A stretch of 64,000 nucleotides of DNA from Candidatus Bathyarchaeia archaeon (GTDB lineage: Archaea; Thermoproteota; Bathyarchaeia; Bathyarchaeales; Bathycorpusculaceae), in contig JBEKHN010000001.1 in the NCBI GenBank assembly GCA_050012255.1, forward strand, positions 1 through 64,000, in the 5' to 3' direction. Below, in pieces: positions 38,339-48,142 of the stretch. Within the stretch, counting starts at the first letter, position 1. Every line of letters starts with the position of its first letter. Position numbers and translations under genes: made by a program. The notes under the pieces were generated by a model. The model saw only the letters and a list, made by a program, of their open reading frames with translations. It had not been told where the DNA came from and searched no databases.

Positions 38339-39064
38339 CTATCCTCTCCGGATGACCCGTATCCCAGGCGCGATGAATCGCGAGCTTAGCTTTTCCCTGT
38401 TCCTTCTGACGATTGCCATGGGGTTTTTGGAAACCGCTTCCATAGCAACGTCTTTGTCCAAGCCTATCAGAAACGAGAGGGCTGCTAGGTCCAATGGTCT
38501 TCGTATCAGAAGCTCTTCTGAAACCCCACTTGAAAGAACTATTGGAACGTGAAACTCCTTGGCCGTCTGAACTTCCCTCCGCAGGAGGGAAAGAAGCCTC
38601 ACCCTTGCTGCTCCCTCTTGGGTGAGCAACGGTCTTATGTCCACTTCAAGAGAAGCCAAGCATGCTGAAGCCAGTTCAGCTTCAGCCGAATCGAAAAATG
38701 CCCTCCTGAAGTCCGGCTGGGGAAAGTTCAGAAGGTCGACGCGTCGGTCTTTCGCCGCTTGCCTCGCAACAGCCTTCGACTCACACATGACGGCAACTAG
38801 CTCGAACCTTCGTCTTAACTTCCTCACGTCCTTCAGCAACTCTTCGGGTGTGTGGGGCTTCAGGTCGACGCGGGATGCAAATCCTATGGCTACTTCTTCA
38901 CAGACTCTCTGCACTTGCTGAAGCTGGTGTTCAGGAGTCCATGGTGAAAGGGGTACGGCCACTAGGCGGTATCCAAGAGTCGAAGCCTTGCTTATCAAAC
39001 GTGAAACGTGTGACGAATCGCTGATGTTTGCACGCAAGTGCAGGTCAGCGTAGGCTCTTTTCAT
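38339..39064 (-). CDS. rnp3: RNase P protein Rpp30
   Basis: YADLHL, VDLL, PIVLSSG and R.P.DL motifs; operon context. Confidence 0.9.
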   Translation of the reverse strand: MKRAYADLHLRANISDSSHVSRLISKASTLGYRLVAVPLSPWTPEHQLQQVQRVCEEVAIGFASRVDLKPHTPEELLKDVRKLRRRFELVAVMCESKAVARQAAKDRRVDLLNFPQPDFRRAFFDSAEAELASACLASLEVDIRPLLTQEGAARVRLLSLLRREVQTAKEFHVPIVLSSGVSEELLIRRPLDLAALSFLIGLDKDVAMEAVSKNPMAIVRRNREKLSSRFIAPGIRVIRRG

Positions 39065-39528
39065 GGTAGCAACCCGGATTTTCTGCAGACGGCAACGACT
39101 TCTTCTGCACTGTGCTTCTTGAAGTGTATTCGCAGATGAATAGGGTCTGTTGAACTTAGCTTGAGTTCGTTGAGGTAGGCAGACTGCTTGTCCAATCGCA
39201 CGTAAAGGTTTCCTTTGTCCAGATGCTGGTCGACCTCGCTTGCCAAGATTTCTTTGTCCAAAACGCTTAAGCCCGAACACAACTTCTCGAAGGCGGCTTG
39301 AACTAGCTTCTTCTCCTTGATTTTTGTTTCATAAAGAATTATGGGGTTACCGTGATGACCAGTCAAGTTGGCCTTCTTGAAGGTTACAGTGTCGATTGAT
39401 TCTCTGGGCAATGTATTGCGTGTTGCGGTCAGAACTCTCTCCTGGTCCTCGGTTGCATGAGCAAAGACCCTTATGTCAATGTAGCCGACTTGAACCTTAG
39501 ATGACAAGACCGCATCACTAGTCGTCAT
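39061..39528 (-). CDS. Exosome-superoperon RNA-binding protein (COG1325-like)
   Basis: HATED, GHHGNPI and YVRLDKQ motifs. Confidence 0.88.
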   Translation of the reverse strand: MTTSDAVLSSKVQVGYIDIRVFAHATEDQERVLTATRNTLPRESIDTVTFKKANLTGHHGNPIILYETKIKEKKLVQAAFEKLCSGLSVLDKEILASEVDQHLDKGNLYVRLDKQSAYLNELKLSSTDPIHLRIHFKKHSAEEVVAVCRKSGLLP

Positions 39529-39538
39529 TAGCGCGGCC

Positions 39539-39781
39539 CTAACTTTTAGATTTTCTCTTAGGCTTCTTTCTCTTTGCCACGGCTTTCCTTTCTTCCAGAA
39601 AAGTCTTAATGGCCTCGACGTTTTCCTCATGAGCCGTCTTTCTTCTCGGGTCGACTGCAACGTGAAGCTTCACGGCTTCGCTCATGCTGAGGCCTGCCTT
39701 CTTCAGCTCTCCTGAGCTGTAACCTTTCCCCAGGCTTCGCCGTCCACGCTTCTCAGATACTTTGGGTCTCTTGACCATCAT
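39539..39781 (-). CDS. rpl13e: 50S ribosomal protein eL13 (short archaeal form)
   Basis: GKGYSSGELKKAGL and VDPRRKT.HEENV motifs. Confidence 0.92.
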   Translation of the reverse strand: MMVKRPKVSEKRGRRSLGKGYSSGELKKAGLSMSEAVKLHVAVDPRRKTAHEENVEAIKTFLEERKAVAKRKKPKRKSKS

Positions 39782-39785
39782 CCGG

Positions 39786-40364
39786 CTATTTTCCTCCCGC
39801 GCCAGCTTTCAAGCTTGGTCTAAACTTCTCTGCGCCACGTCCTCTCCTTCGCAGGCTTCTGACCTTCTTGCCTGCGCTAGTTAAGCTTCTGAAAACTCGT
39901 CCGCGGTGCTGTTTCTGGCATATCCAGTTGATGTTCTTGTCGGCTCTTATTGACGGATGTTGCGGGTCAACCATTATCACTTCCCACCATTTTGAAACAC
40001 CGTCTTCACCGACCCAGTAGGAGTTCAAGACCTCGAGGTTCGGAAACTTTCTACCGACCCTTTCTTCAGCGATCAGTCGCATGCTCTTGGACAGCTTGAA
40101 CTTTTCGACACCCATCCTCTTCGGTCTTCTACCAGAGGTCGGCCTCTGCTTTCTGAAGCCTCCTCTCCTGACGCGCACACGAGCCAGCACAAAGCCTTGC
40201 TTGGCCTTGTACCCTAGCTTTCTCGCCCTGTCCAATCGCGTCGGTCTCTCTATACGAGTTATCACTGGTTGCCTGCGCCACTCTATCAACCTGCTGCGCA
40301 TCAGTTCATGCACAAAGGATTTCTCTGGTTTCGACCATGCCTCAGCAATATACTTGTAGGCCAT
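39786..40364 (-). CDS. rpl15e: 50S ribosomal protein eL15
   Basis: [18 protein letters not shown] and [12 protein letters not shown] motifs. Confidence 0.98.
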   Translation of the reverse strand: MAYKYIAEAWSKPEKSFVHELMRSRLIEWRRQPVITRIERPTRLDRARKLGYKAKQGFVLARVRVRRGGFRKQRPTSGRRPKRMGVEKFKLSKSMRLIAEERVGRKFPNLEVLNSYWVGEDGVSKWWEVIMVDPQHPSIRADKNINWICQKQHRGRVFRSLTSAGKKVRSLRRRGRGAEKFRPSLKAGAGGK

Positions 40365-40437
40365 TCAATTCACCTTAGTCTCTGGTTTGCGGTTCAGCCT
40401 TCACGGCTACATCCCAGCGGATGTCTGATCCGCCATT
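40365..40437 (-). promoter_or_regulatory. Structured 5' leader, probable eL15 ribosomal leader
   Basis: GCGGAT/ATCCGC hairpin, GGGATGT, AGCC-GTGAA-GGCT hairpin, GAACC..AAACCAG ahead of the Shine-Dalgarno. Confidence 0.65.
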
Positions 40438-40566
40438 GATTTTGAATCATAGCAATAGGCAACGAAATAAACCTTTCCAGACTTTTCCGTTGGGAACAGC
40501 GACGCGAGTTGAAACCACCATCCGAGCTTTTGCAAGTGTCAGGGGGTGACAGACATGTGCTGTTCC

Positions 40567-41940
40567 TTACTTCATTATTTTGGAGGCAGCCTCTTTGAAC
40601 AGGGCTCCTGTTCGCACGCGCCACTTTTCAAAGTCTTTAGGGGTCTCCGGGTATTCTTTGTAGTGGGCTTTGACCTGATTCATGTACTTGACCGTCAGGC
40701 GAAGCTTGTTCAAGAAGCTTATTCTCTTCAATCCTCTGAAGACTCTCCTGCTGGTTTCAGTGATGTTCAGATGAAACTCGTCGCCCAACCCTGCTTTTAG
40801 CACATCTTCCTCTGTCAAGAGGTGATACCTCATTCCGTAGTTCAGGTCTTCATCCCGAGAGGACAGGAGCAGCATTCGAAAGATGTCCAGTCTGGCCTGT
40901 TTGGCTCCGTACGCCTCGTCGTACCTTAAGCTGTAAGGCCACAGAGATTCCTGGCTGACGTCTCCTTTTTCAAGGGCTTCGACGATGGTCTTGCCTGCAA
41001 GCTGACCGCTCAGCATCGATGGCCCTATTCCTCCGCCGTGTATCGGGTTAACCAAGCAGGCCACGTCACCGGTGATCACAACGCCGTTTCCAACCATGCA
41101 ATCTAGGGGCCTTCGAGTCGGGTCGTACCACGCTCCTCCGTTCAGAAGCAGAGAACCATCAAAAGCAGGCTTGGTGAGAATGTGCTTGTAGAACTGGTCC
41201 TTGGGGTTTGGAAACTTGTTGCGCATGCAGATTCCCAGGCCTGCGTTGACTCTTGCCCCGCCCTTCGGGAAAATCCATGCGTAGCCTCCTGGAGTCGCCT
41301 TCTGGTTGAGGTAGATTTCGCAGTAGTCCGTGTTTTCGGTTTCCTGCTTGAGCTGGCGGATCTCGCGGTAGCAGGCTTCAACGTCCTCGTTTGCAACCTC
41401 GTTTTGAATGCCCATCTCCTTGGGCAGCTTCTTCCTTACAGCCGCTACGAAACCGCTCGCGTCAACAGTCACCTTGCCTCTCAACTCCATCTCCTCGCCA
41501 GTTTTCAAGTTCTTGACCAACACGCCTGCCACAAAACCCTTGTCGACCAGCGGACCCAAGCATTGCGTTGAATCCAGAAGGCGTGCACCCTTATCTATTG
41601 CCTTCCTGAGCAGCCACTGCCCGAAGAGTCGCCTGTTGAGCAGGTAGCCAACGAAGTCCTCGTGTTCAACGGTAAACGTCGTGTCCATGTCTGGAGAATA
41701 GATCCTGATGCCCTCGATCCTCTTCTCAAGTTCGCCGCCCTGCGGCTTTTGCAAGCCTAAGGTTTTCAAGTGATGCTCCCCAAGGGCGTCCCCGCAGATT
41801 TTTTCGCCGACCTCTTCTCTCTTCTTTCTCTCGATGAGGCACACTTTCAAACCTGCTCCGGCTGCTGTTTCCGCGGCCAGGCACCCTGCTGTTCCGGCTC
41901 CAACGACTAGTAAGTCGAACTTCTCCAACCCAGACACCAT
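40567..41940 (-). CDS. Geranylgeranyl reductase family FAD oxidoreductase
   Basis: GAGTAG, ICGD, GGYAWIFPKG and GD.A..VNPIHGGGI motifs. Confidence 0.92.
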   Translation of the reverse strand: MVSGLEKFDLLVVGAGTAGCLAAETAAGAGLKVCLIERKKREEVGEKICGDALGEHHLKTLGLQKPQGGELEKRIEGIRIYSPDMDTTFTVEHEDFVGYLLNRRLFGQWLLRKAIDKGARLLDSTQCLGPLVDKGFVAGVLVKNLKTGEEMELRGKVTVDASGFVAAVRKKLPKEMGIQNEVANEDVEACYREIRQLKQETENTDYCEIYLNQKATPGGYAWIFPKGGARVNAGLGICMRNKFPNPKDQFYKHILTKPAFDGSLLLNGGAWYDPTRRPLDCMVGNGVVITGDVACLVNPIHGGGIGPSMLSGQLAGKTIVEALEKGDVSQESLWPYSLRYDEAYGAKQARLDIFRMLLLSSRDEDLNYGMRYHLLTEEDVLKAGLGDEFHLNITETSRRVFRGLKRISFLNKLRLTVKYMNQVKAHYKEYPETPKDFEKWRVRTGALFKEAASKIMK

Positions 41941-42158
41941 AAGAGGCTTTGCCTTCTACTCGTTTGTCATAACTCATAACCTTTACTGAACCCATCTCAC
42001 AGCGCCCATCGGTTGTTTCGTCCCATTGTACATCGAAAAGCTTTTCATTAACTATGCGAAAACTTACGAGTAATACTGATTGGTGATTCATAATAGTTAA
42101 TTATATTCTGGGCCAACGATGGAAAACAGTTAGACTGATTGAAAAGGTGTGTTGAAAA

Positions 42159-42407
42159 ATGATGAAGAAAGCAGAAATCAAGAAAGGCATGGCGTACAAG
42201 GTTGACCTGACAAAGATCGATGGCGACGGGGCTTTTCCATGTCCAAAGTGCGGGTCCATAATATCTCCTGACGACGAATCAGAGGAGAACTACCAGATCG
42301 TTGATACTAAGGTGAGGAACGACGAGCTTGCAGAATTGGTTGTGATGTGCAAGAAATGCGGAATCACGATCAAGCTTGTAGGCTTTGTACCGCAGACGCA
42401 AAACTAG
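42159..42407 (+). CDS. Small zinc-ribbon protein
   Basis: FPCPKCG...CKKCG. Confidence 0.8.
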   Translation: MMKKAEIKKGMAYKVDLTKIDGDGAFPCPKCGSIISPDDESEENYQIVDTKVRNDELAELVVMCKKCGITIKLVGFVPQTQN

Positions 42408-42429
42408 ATTAGGCGGCTGGCAAGCCAAC

Positions 42430-42642
42430 CTATTTTTCTTGTGTAAGTCTCCGGCTCACAGCGATGAAGATCAGCCACAGCGCGACGCTGTAAAGGACCC
42501 CGTTGAAAAGCGCGCTTACGACAGCAGTGTACTGACTGACCGATGCTCCGATCAGAGTGCAGAGGACATTTCCCGGAAACATCGGCGATGGAATCAGCAG
42601 AGACGCAGCTGTAAACAATACGAAGAAGACCATCAGGATCAT
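42430..42642 (-). CDS. Small membrane protein
   Basis: Two hydrophobic segments; start may lie further upstream. Confidence 0.6.
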   Translation of the reverse strand: MILMVFFVLFTAASLLIPSPMFPGNVLCTLIGASVSQYTAVVSALFNGVLYSVALWLIFIAVSRRLTQEK

Positions 42643-42825
42643 TGTTCCCTTCGTTGCTGATCGCTCCGCTTTGATTTTGACTCGTCTTCTAGTCGGGTTA
42701 CAGCCTCGACAGTGTCTAGCATCGCAATATTTAATAAACCTTGCCGTACAGCCGTAGGACAGAAATACACCAGGGGTTTGCGAGTCCTAAAGACCAAGAA
42801 GATTCAGCAAGTATAGCATGTAGTA

Positions 42826-43911
42826 TTAGAATAAGGAACAGAGAATGAAAATTGCCACCAGCCCGATTGCCACCAGCTTCCTCCCGTTTGACAAGCCAGA
42901 AACATCGTCTAAGGGCCCCGGATGCCTATACATGGACATTAAGACGACAAAGAAAGCCATCGGCCAGAATCCTTCGATCACCAACAACAGAACGGACAGA
43001 ATGGTTAACACCGTTCGTGCTTTTTCGCCTAGCACGGACCTGGCTGCGTGGCCGCCGTCGAGCTGTCCAGCGGGCAACAGGTTGAGCATTGTGACTAGCA
43101 TGCCGGCCCAGCCAGCGAAGGCAACAGGGTGCAGTAACACATAGTAATTTGCTGGAAGTTTTATGAGAAAAGTGGCAAACAGGTCGAAGATTAGAGGTGA
43201 AGGAAGGAAGCTTTCGCCGCCTGTGATCGGAAGAATTGGAGAGAGCATTAGCCCAACGACGGTTGCTATCAAGGCCACTATGAACCCGACGATTGGGCCA
43301 CTGGACCCCACGTCGAACAGGGCATCTCTGTTGGGTGGAAGAGACTTCTGCATTATCACTGCACCAAAAGTGCCGATGCCCAAGACATCCCCTATGGGAG
43401 GTGGACCTGGAATAAAATAGGGCGGCGTTGCTTCTACCCCGCTTCTGTTAGCCATGAGCTTATGGCCCATCTCGTGGGTCCCAAGTATGGCCATAATGGC
43501 TACTGTGAACGCTCCGGCTCCTATCAGTGGGCTGCGCATCACTCCCGTACCAACAAGATCGGCTGAAAGCAAGTAGCCTGTAGCGAACGTCGTGCCTATC
43601 GTGGCGAAAAACAACGCCCAGTTCACGAGTATGTTGCTCTTCTTCACAGGCGGCTTTGGACCAACTCTCAAGACCACCTTCCCATCAACCTTGCGCAGGA
43701 ACGCAATTAGGTTCATTGACTCCAAGTTCTTCAGAAGTTTGAGAAAGGCCTGCTTTGTTTCCTGAGGCTGTTTCAAGTAGTACGTTGGAATGCCGTGCTC
43801 CAGCAGAGACTCCTCAGCCTGGAAATGTGCAGAAACTAGCTGGGTTATCTTCTCAAAGTCCGTTTGCTGAACGAGAGGTGCTTGAGCCGTCTCGCTTGGT
43901 TCTTCAGTCAT
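42826..43911 (-). CDS. Site-2 protease (M50 family)
   Basis: HEMGH and NLLPAGQLDGGH motifs. Confidence 0.95.
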   Translation of the reverse strand: MTEEPSETAQAPLVQQTDFEKITQLVSAHFQAEESLLEHGIPTYYLKQPQETKQAFLKLLKNLESMNLIAFLRKVDGKVVLRVGPKPPVKKSNILVNWALFFATIGTTFATGYLLSADLVGTGVMRSPLIGAGAFTVAIMAILGTHEMGHKLMANRSGVEATPPYFIPGPPPIGDVLGIGTFGAVIMQKSLPPNRDALFDVGSSGPIVGFIVALIATVVGLMLSPILPITGGESFLPSPLIFDLFATFLIKLPANYYVLLHPVAFAGWAGMLVTMLNLLPAGQLDGGHAARSVLGEKARTVLTILSVLLLVIEGFWPMAFFVVLMSMYRHPGPLDDVSGLSNGRKLVAIGLVAIFILCSLF

Positions 43912-44159
43912 TACGTTCCTGCCCTTTCACGATTGCCGTACTAGAATTCTCAGGCAATAGAAAAGTCTATTGGAATTGTTTTCTCACTCTTGTTCACGTC
44001 ATCCTGAGCATTTCCAGCTGTTTTGCTTAAACCGTAAGTTTTGTTGATGTTACAGTTAACCAACTTTTTCAGTTTGTCGAAAGTATTAAGAAAAGAGAAC
44101 AAGCTTAGTCTGTATTGATCTCGGAAGTTGAAACAGACGAATTTTGTCCGCGCGCTATC

Positions 44160-44207
44160 TTATGGTCTCTGTTATGGTCTCTGTTATGGTCTCTGTTATG
44201 GTCTCTG
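44160..44207. repeat. Perfect 12-bp tandem repeat (TTATGGTCTCTG) x4
   Basis: Read directly upstream of the wecB promoter. Confidence 0.95.
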
Positions 44208-44295
44208 CACACGGTGATGCTGGAAAAGACTTTAAGGAACTGGTTTATAGCATTCGAACACCTTATTCGAGTGTTTTGAAGGCGATCAGCCGGTC

Positions 44296-45390
44296 ATGAG
44301 AATCTGTGTCGTGCTGGGAACTAGACCTGAAATCATCAAAATGTCTCCTGTTATTCGAGAATGTGAACGTTTAGACTCGGATTTTTTCATCTTGCACACT
44401 GGTCAACATTGTTCTTACGCTATGGATGGGGTGTTTTTTGAACAACTCGCATTGCCTAAGGCGCGGTATAATCTTCAAGTTAATTCACGAAGCCATGCCC
44501 AACAGACTGGCAGGATGCTCATGGGCATCGAGCACGTTCTCAAACATGAGAAGCCCAATATTGTGCTCGTTGAAGGCGACACAAACACGGTTCTTGCAGG
44601 CGCTCTGGCCTCAGTCAAGTTGAGGATCAAGGTTGGACATGTTGAGGCTGGACTGAGAAGCTATGACAGAGAGATGCCTGAGGAAATAAACAGGGTCGTG
44701 GCTGATCATTGTTCAGACCTGTTGTTTGCGCCAACGGAAGAATCAAAGAAGGTGCTCCTGAACGAAGGCATTCCTGAAGGCCGGGTTTTTGTCACGGGAA
44801 ACACTATTGTGGATGCCCTTTTTCAGAACTTGGAGATTGCAAAGAAGAGAAATGTGGATCTAAGTCGCCTCGGGGTTGATGAGGAGGCCTACTTTTTGGC
44901 AACTGTTCACAGACAGGAAAATGTTGATAGTAAGGAGCGATTTAACGGAATCTTGCATGGGCTTAGAGAAGTGCACAGAAAATACAAGTTGCCAGTCATT
45001 TATCCTATTCATCCAAGGGCAAGAAAACGATTCAAGACATTCAAGCTGAACGCAGAAGAAATATCGCTCATTGATCCATTGGATTATTTGACTTTTCTGC
45101 GGCTTGAAAGCAACGCCAGACTTGTGTTAACCGATTCCGGCGGGGTGCAAGAAGAAACTTGCATCCTCAAAGTTCCTTGTGTCACCTTGAGATGCAACAC
45201 TGAGAGACCTGAAACGTTGCGGGTTGGCTCTAATCTCTTGGCTGGGACAGACCCAGACAGCATAGTTGAAAAAACAGCTGCGATGCTCGAGAGGTCTGCT
45301 TCTTGGGAAAATCCCTTCGGCGATGGAAGAGCAGGGCAAAGGATTATTGAAATAATAGAGCGCACTAGTGCCGGCTCAATTAAGGGCTGA
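44296..45390 (+). CDS. wecB: UDP-N-acetylglucosamine 2-epimerase (non-hydrolysing)
   Basis: GTRPEIIK, HTGQH, HVEAGLRS, PEEINR and TDSGGVQEE motifs. Confidence 0.97.
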   Translation: MRICVVLGTRPEIIKMSPVIRECERLDSDFFILHTGQHCSYAMDGVFFEQLALPKARYNLQVNSRSHAQQTGRMLMGIEHVLKHEKPNIVLVEGDTNTVLAGALASVKLRIKVGHVEAGLRSYDREMPEEINRVVADHCSDLLFAPTEESKKVLLNEGIPEGRVFVTGNTIVDALFQNLEIAKKRNVDLSRLGVDEEAYFLATVHRQENVDSKERFNGILHGLREVHRKYKLPVIYPIHPRARKRFKTFKLNAEEISLIDPLDYLTFLRLESNARLVLTDSGGVQEETCILKVPCVTLRCNTERPETLRVGSNLLAGTDPDSIVEKTAAMLERSASWENPFGDGRAGQRIIEIIERTSAGSIKG

Positions 45391-45587
45391 GAAAAGAGCG
45401 ACCTTTCATTTATAGCTTATTCTTCGATTCGTCGACAACGTTATAAAAAGAGAATAGGTCTAGCTTATATGAGGTTCAAGACGTCCGAAAGAGTGAATCC
45501 AACCTTGATTTATAAGACAGTAGCGCACACGGATCTACATAGGTGACCGCAGGTGGCTAATCATTGTTTGCGAAGGATTTGAAATAT

Positions 45588-46577
45588 ATGGCCACGCAAA
45601 GTACAGCAGTTGACTTGGAGAATGATAATGGATACAGTCAACTAGCACTGTTGACTATCAGTATTGGTATTTGCGCGTATAATGAACAGGAAAATATTGA
45701 AACTTTGCTTAACAACCTCTTGGCTGAACAGGATCTGCCGCAGAAATCAGAAATCATCGTTGTCTGCTCAGGATGTACGGACAGAACCCCAGAGATCGTT
45801 AAGGACTTCGCTAGAAAAGACGAGAGAGTAAAACTGATTCTCGAAGCAGAGAGGAGAGGGAAAGCTCCGGCACTGAACCGTCTGCTTGGCATCTATCGCG
45901 GAGAAATATTTGTCCATCTTGATGCGGACCACATTCCGAAGCCTGGAGCTATCAACATGTTATTGAAGAATTTCAGTAACACCGAGGTTGGGGGTGTCTC
46001 TGGGCATCAGATACCTATAAAGGCTGACAGTTTTATGGGAAAGATATGTGAGGTCATTTGGGGTCTGCACAGTGAAACCCAACGCTATTACCATTTAAGA
46101 GGCAAGGCCCAGCATCTGGGAGGAGTCTTGTTCGCAGTCAGGCGAGGGATATGCGACAACATCCCTGAAGACATAGTGAATGATGATGCATACATAGGGG
46201 TACTGTGCAGGATGAAGAGTTACAAAGTCTCATTTGAGGAAAAGGCAATCGCCCTTTTTCGGGGACCCGCAACCGTATCAGATTACGTAAATCAAAGAAG
46301 GAGAGTCGTTTATGGACATTTAAAGGTGAAAAGGGAAACGAAAATAGCTCCTGTGGTCTTGGAATCCAGCCCTTTGAATGTTGAGACTAGCATAATACTG
46401 CACTGGCTGGAAAAGAACCCTAACATGGTTGGTTCCTTTTTGGCATCATGTCTTTTGGAAGGTGTTGTAAACATTTTAGCCAGAATAGACCTTTGGAGAG
46501 GCAACAACAATCACAAAGTGTGGAAAGTCGCAACAACGACCAAGAAAGCAATCCCAAAGTCTGTGTCAACATTTTAG
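45588..46577 (+). CDS. Glycosyltransferase family 2
   Basis: ICAYNEQ, GKAPALN, DAD, DD and QRRR motifs. Confidence 0.9.
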   Translation: MATQSTAVDLENDNGYSQLALLTISIGICAYNEQENIETLLNNLLAEQDLPQKSEIIVVCSGCTDRTPEIVKDFARKDERVKLILEAERRGKAPALNRLLGIYRGEIFVHLDADHIPKPGAINMLLKNFSNTEVGGVSGHQIPIKADSFMGKICEVIWGLHSETQRYYHLRGKAQHLGGVLFAVRRGICDNIPEDIVNDDAYIGVLCRMKSYKVSFEEKAIALFRGPATVSDYVNQRRRVVYGHLKVKRETKIAPVVLESSPLNVETSIILHWLEKNPNMVGSFLASCLLEGVVNILARIDLWRGNNNHKVWKVATTTKKAIPKSVSTF

Positions 46578-46629
46578 CGCGAGCTAGTTTTTTAGAAGGA
46601 TAACATTTTCCATTAATTTCGCTAGCTCT

Positions 46630-47010
46630 TCACGCCGCGCGACTTATCAAGTATATGGCTACAAGACCGATGATGACCCCGACCCAAACGGTAAAAGGAT
46701 ACCTAGTTTTGAGGACGGCAGTGTCCAACACAGCTGTGAAGACCAAGGATAGTACGGTGATAGCTGTGACGAGTTGAGTGATGCCCATGTAACCAGTTGG
46801 CACTATGCTTGCGAAACGTCCGACAAACATGAGGAAAAGTGCAGTAAACACCAGTGGAGTGAACAGAGTCTGCAAATCCCACTTAATGTCTAGAAGATTC
46901 TTCCATGAAATTTGTCCCATGTTATTGCTGGCTACTTTCCATAGTATGTTACCGATAGATCCGATCAAGGAAACAATGACTAGGAGAACCCATACAATCC
47001 ACTCATCCAT
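46630..47010 (-). CDS. Small four-TM DMT/EamA-like protein (possible lipid-sugar flippase)
   Basis: Four TM helices, 126 aa, located within the glycosylation cluster. Confidence 0.6.
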   Translation of the reverse strand: MDEWIVWVLLVIVSLIGSIGNILWKVASNNMGQISWKNLLDIKWDLQTLFTPLVFTALFLMFVGRFASIVPTGYMGITQLVTAITVLSLVFTAVLDTAVLKTRYPFTVWVGVIIGLVAIYLISRAA

Positions 47011-47201
47011 TTTTGCAGCCTCTATTTTCTATGGCCTCTGAATAATCTTTTAACTTTTGCGTTCAAACTTGTTCTACCTGTCCTTTCGACAGCAGTCTTA
47101 ATATCTTATCTTCTTACGGCGGGAAATACTCAACCTCTCTTGTTTCTTTTAGGCTGTAGTCTAGGATGATCCAAGTTCCACGAGCGCGCGCTAACGTTCT
47201 A

Positions 47202-47984
47202 TCAACGTCTTTGCGCATTTTCAAACGTCTGGTTCAGGTAGCGGTTTCTAAAAGTGCTCGCCCAAGATCTGCTTTTCACCAATAATGCAACGTATCTCCT
47301 GATGGTTGGAAACAGCCGCATCTTACTTCTACTTCTTTTTTTCCCGTAATCTAGCGTAATTGGCACTTCTTTGATAGTTGAATCGCACCAGTAAGCTTTC
47401 GCAAGTATCTCAAGCGAGGCCTCGAACCCTCTTGATTCAATAAGGTTGTGCTTTGAGATCAGATCCAGCTTCTGAAGTGTTGATGCCTTGAAGCATCGGT
47501 ATCCGCTAGTCGCGTCTTTAGCAGGTAGCTTCATCACCTTTGCAATTAGAAAATTCACAGTCTTGCTTAGCATCACACGGTAAAAAGGAACATTTAGCTG
47601 TCTTCCCTTCTCTACATAGCGCGAACCGATCACTATGTCCGCATGCTTCGAAGCATTTATCATGTCGATGATGAACTGAGGGTTGTGTGTATTATCTGCG
47701 TCCATCGTGAAAACGAGATCTTCATCCTTAGAAAACTGAATAGCGTAACCTAGACCAGTCTTAAGTGCCGCCGCGAGTCCCTTGTTAGTTTCATGTTCCA
47801 GCATGTGAATAGGATACTTTTTGGAGGACTCTTTCAAGAGCGCCCTTGTGCTATCCCTACTGCCGTCGTTGACAGCAACTATCTCATACGACATGTGAGG
47901 GCTGAAAGCATTATTCAATGTGCAGACCAAGGGCTCGATGTTGTCTTCCTCGTTATAACAAGGCAATACTACAAAGCACTTCAT
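47202..47984 (-). CDS. Dolichol-phosphate glycosyltransferase (DPM1-like GT2)
   Basis: PCYNE, NDGSRD, MDAD, IGSRY and DATSGYR motifs. Confidence 0.92.
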   Translation of the reverse strand: MKCFVVLPCYNEEDNIEPLVCTLNNAFSPHMSYEIVAVNDGSRDSTRALLKESSKKYPIHMLEHETNKGLAAALKTGLGYAIQFSKDEDLVFTMDADNTHNPQFIIDMINASKHADIVIGSRYVEKGRQLNVPFYRVMLSKTVNFLIAKVMKLPAKDATSGYRCFKASTLQKLDLISKHNLIESRGFEASLEILAKAYWCDSTIKEVPITLDYGKKRSRSKMRLFPTIRRYVALLVKSRSWASTFRNRYLNQTFENAQRR

Positions 47985-48142
47985 GCACTTTCTCCATTAG
48001 TCACAATTTGCCCACACTTGGTAAGGGAAGTGTATGTCAATTTATCGCTTTTAAAGTTTTAAATATTGAAGGCTACAACCAGTTACGACCACGTCAAAGG
48101 CCATTTCGCCTTTGATCGTATGTCTAGAAGCAAAGGATCGTC

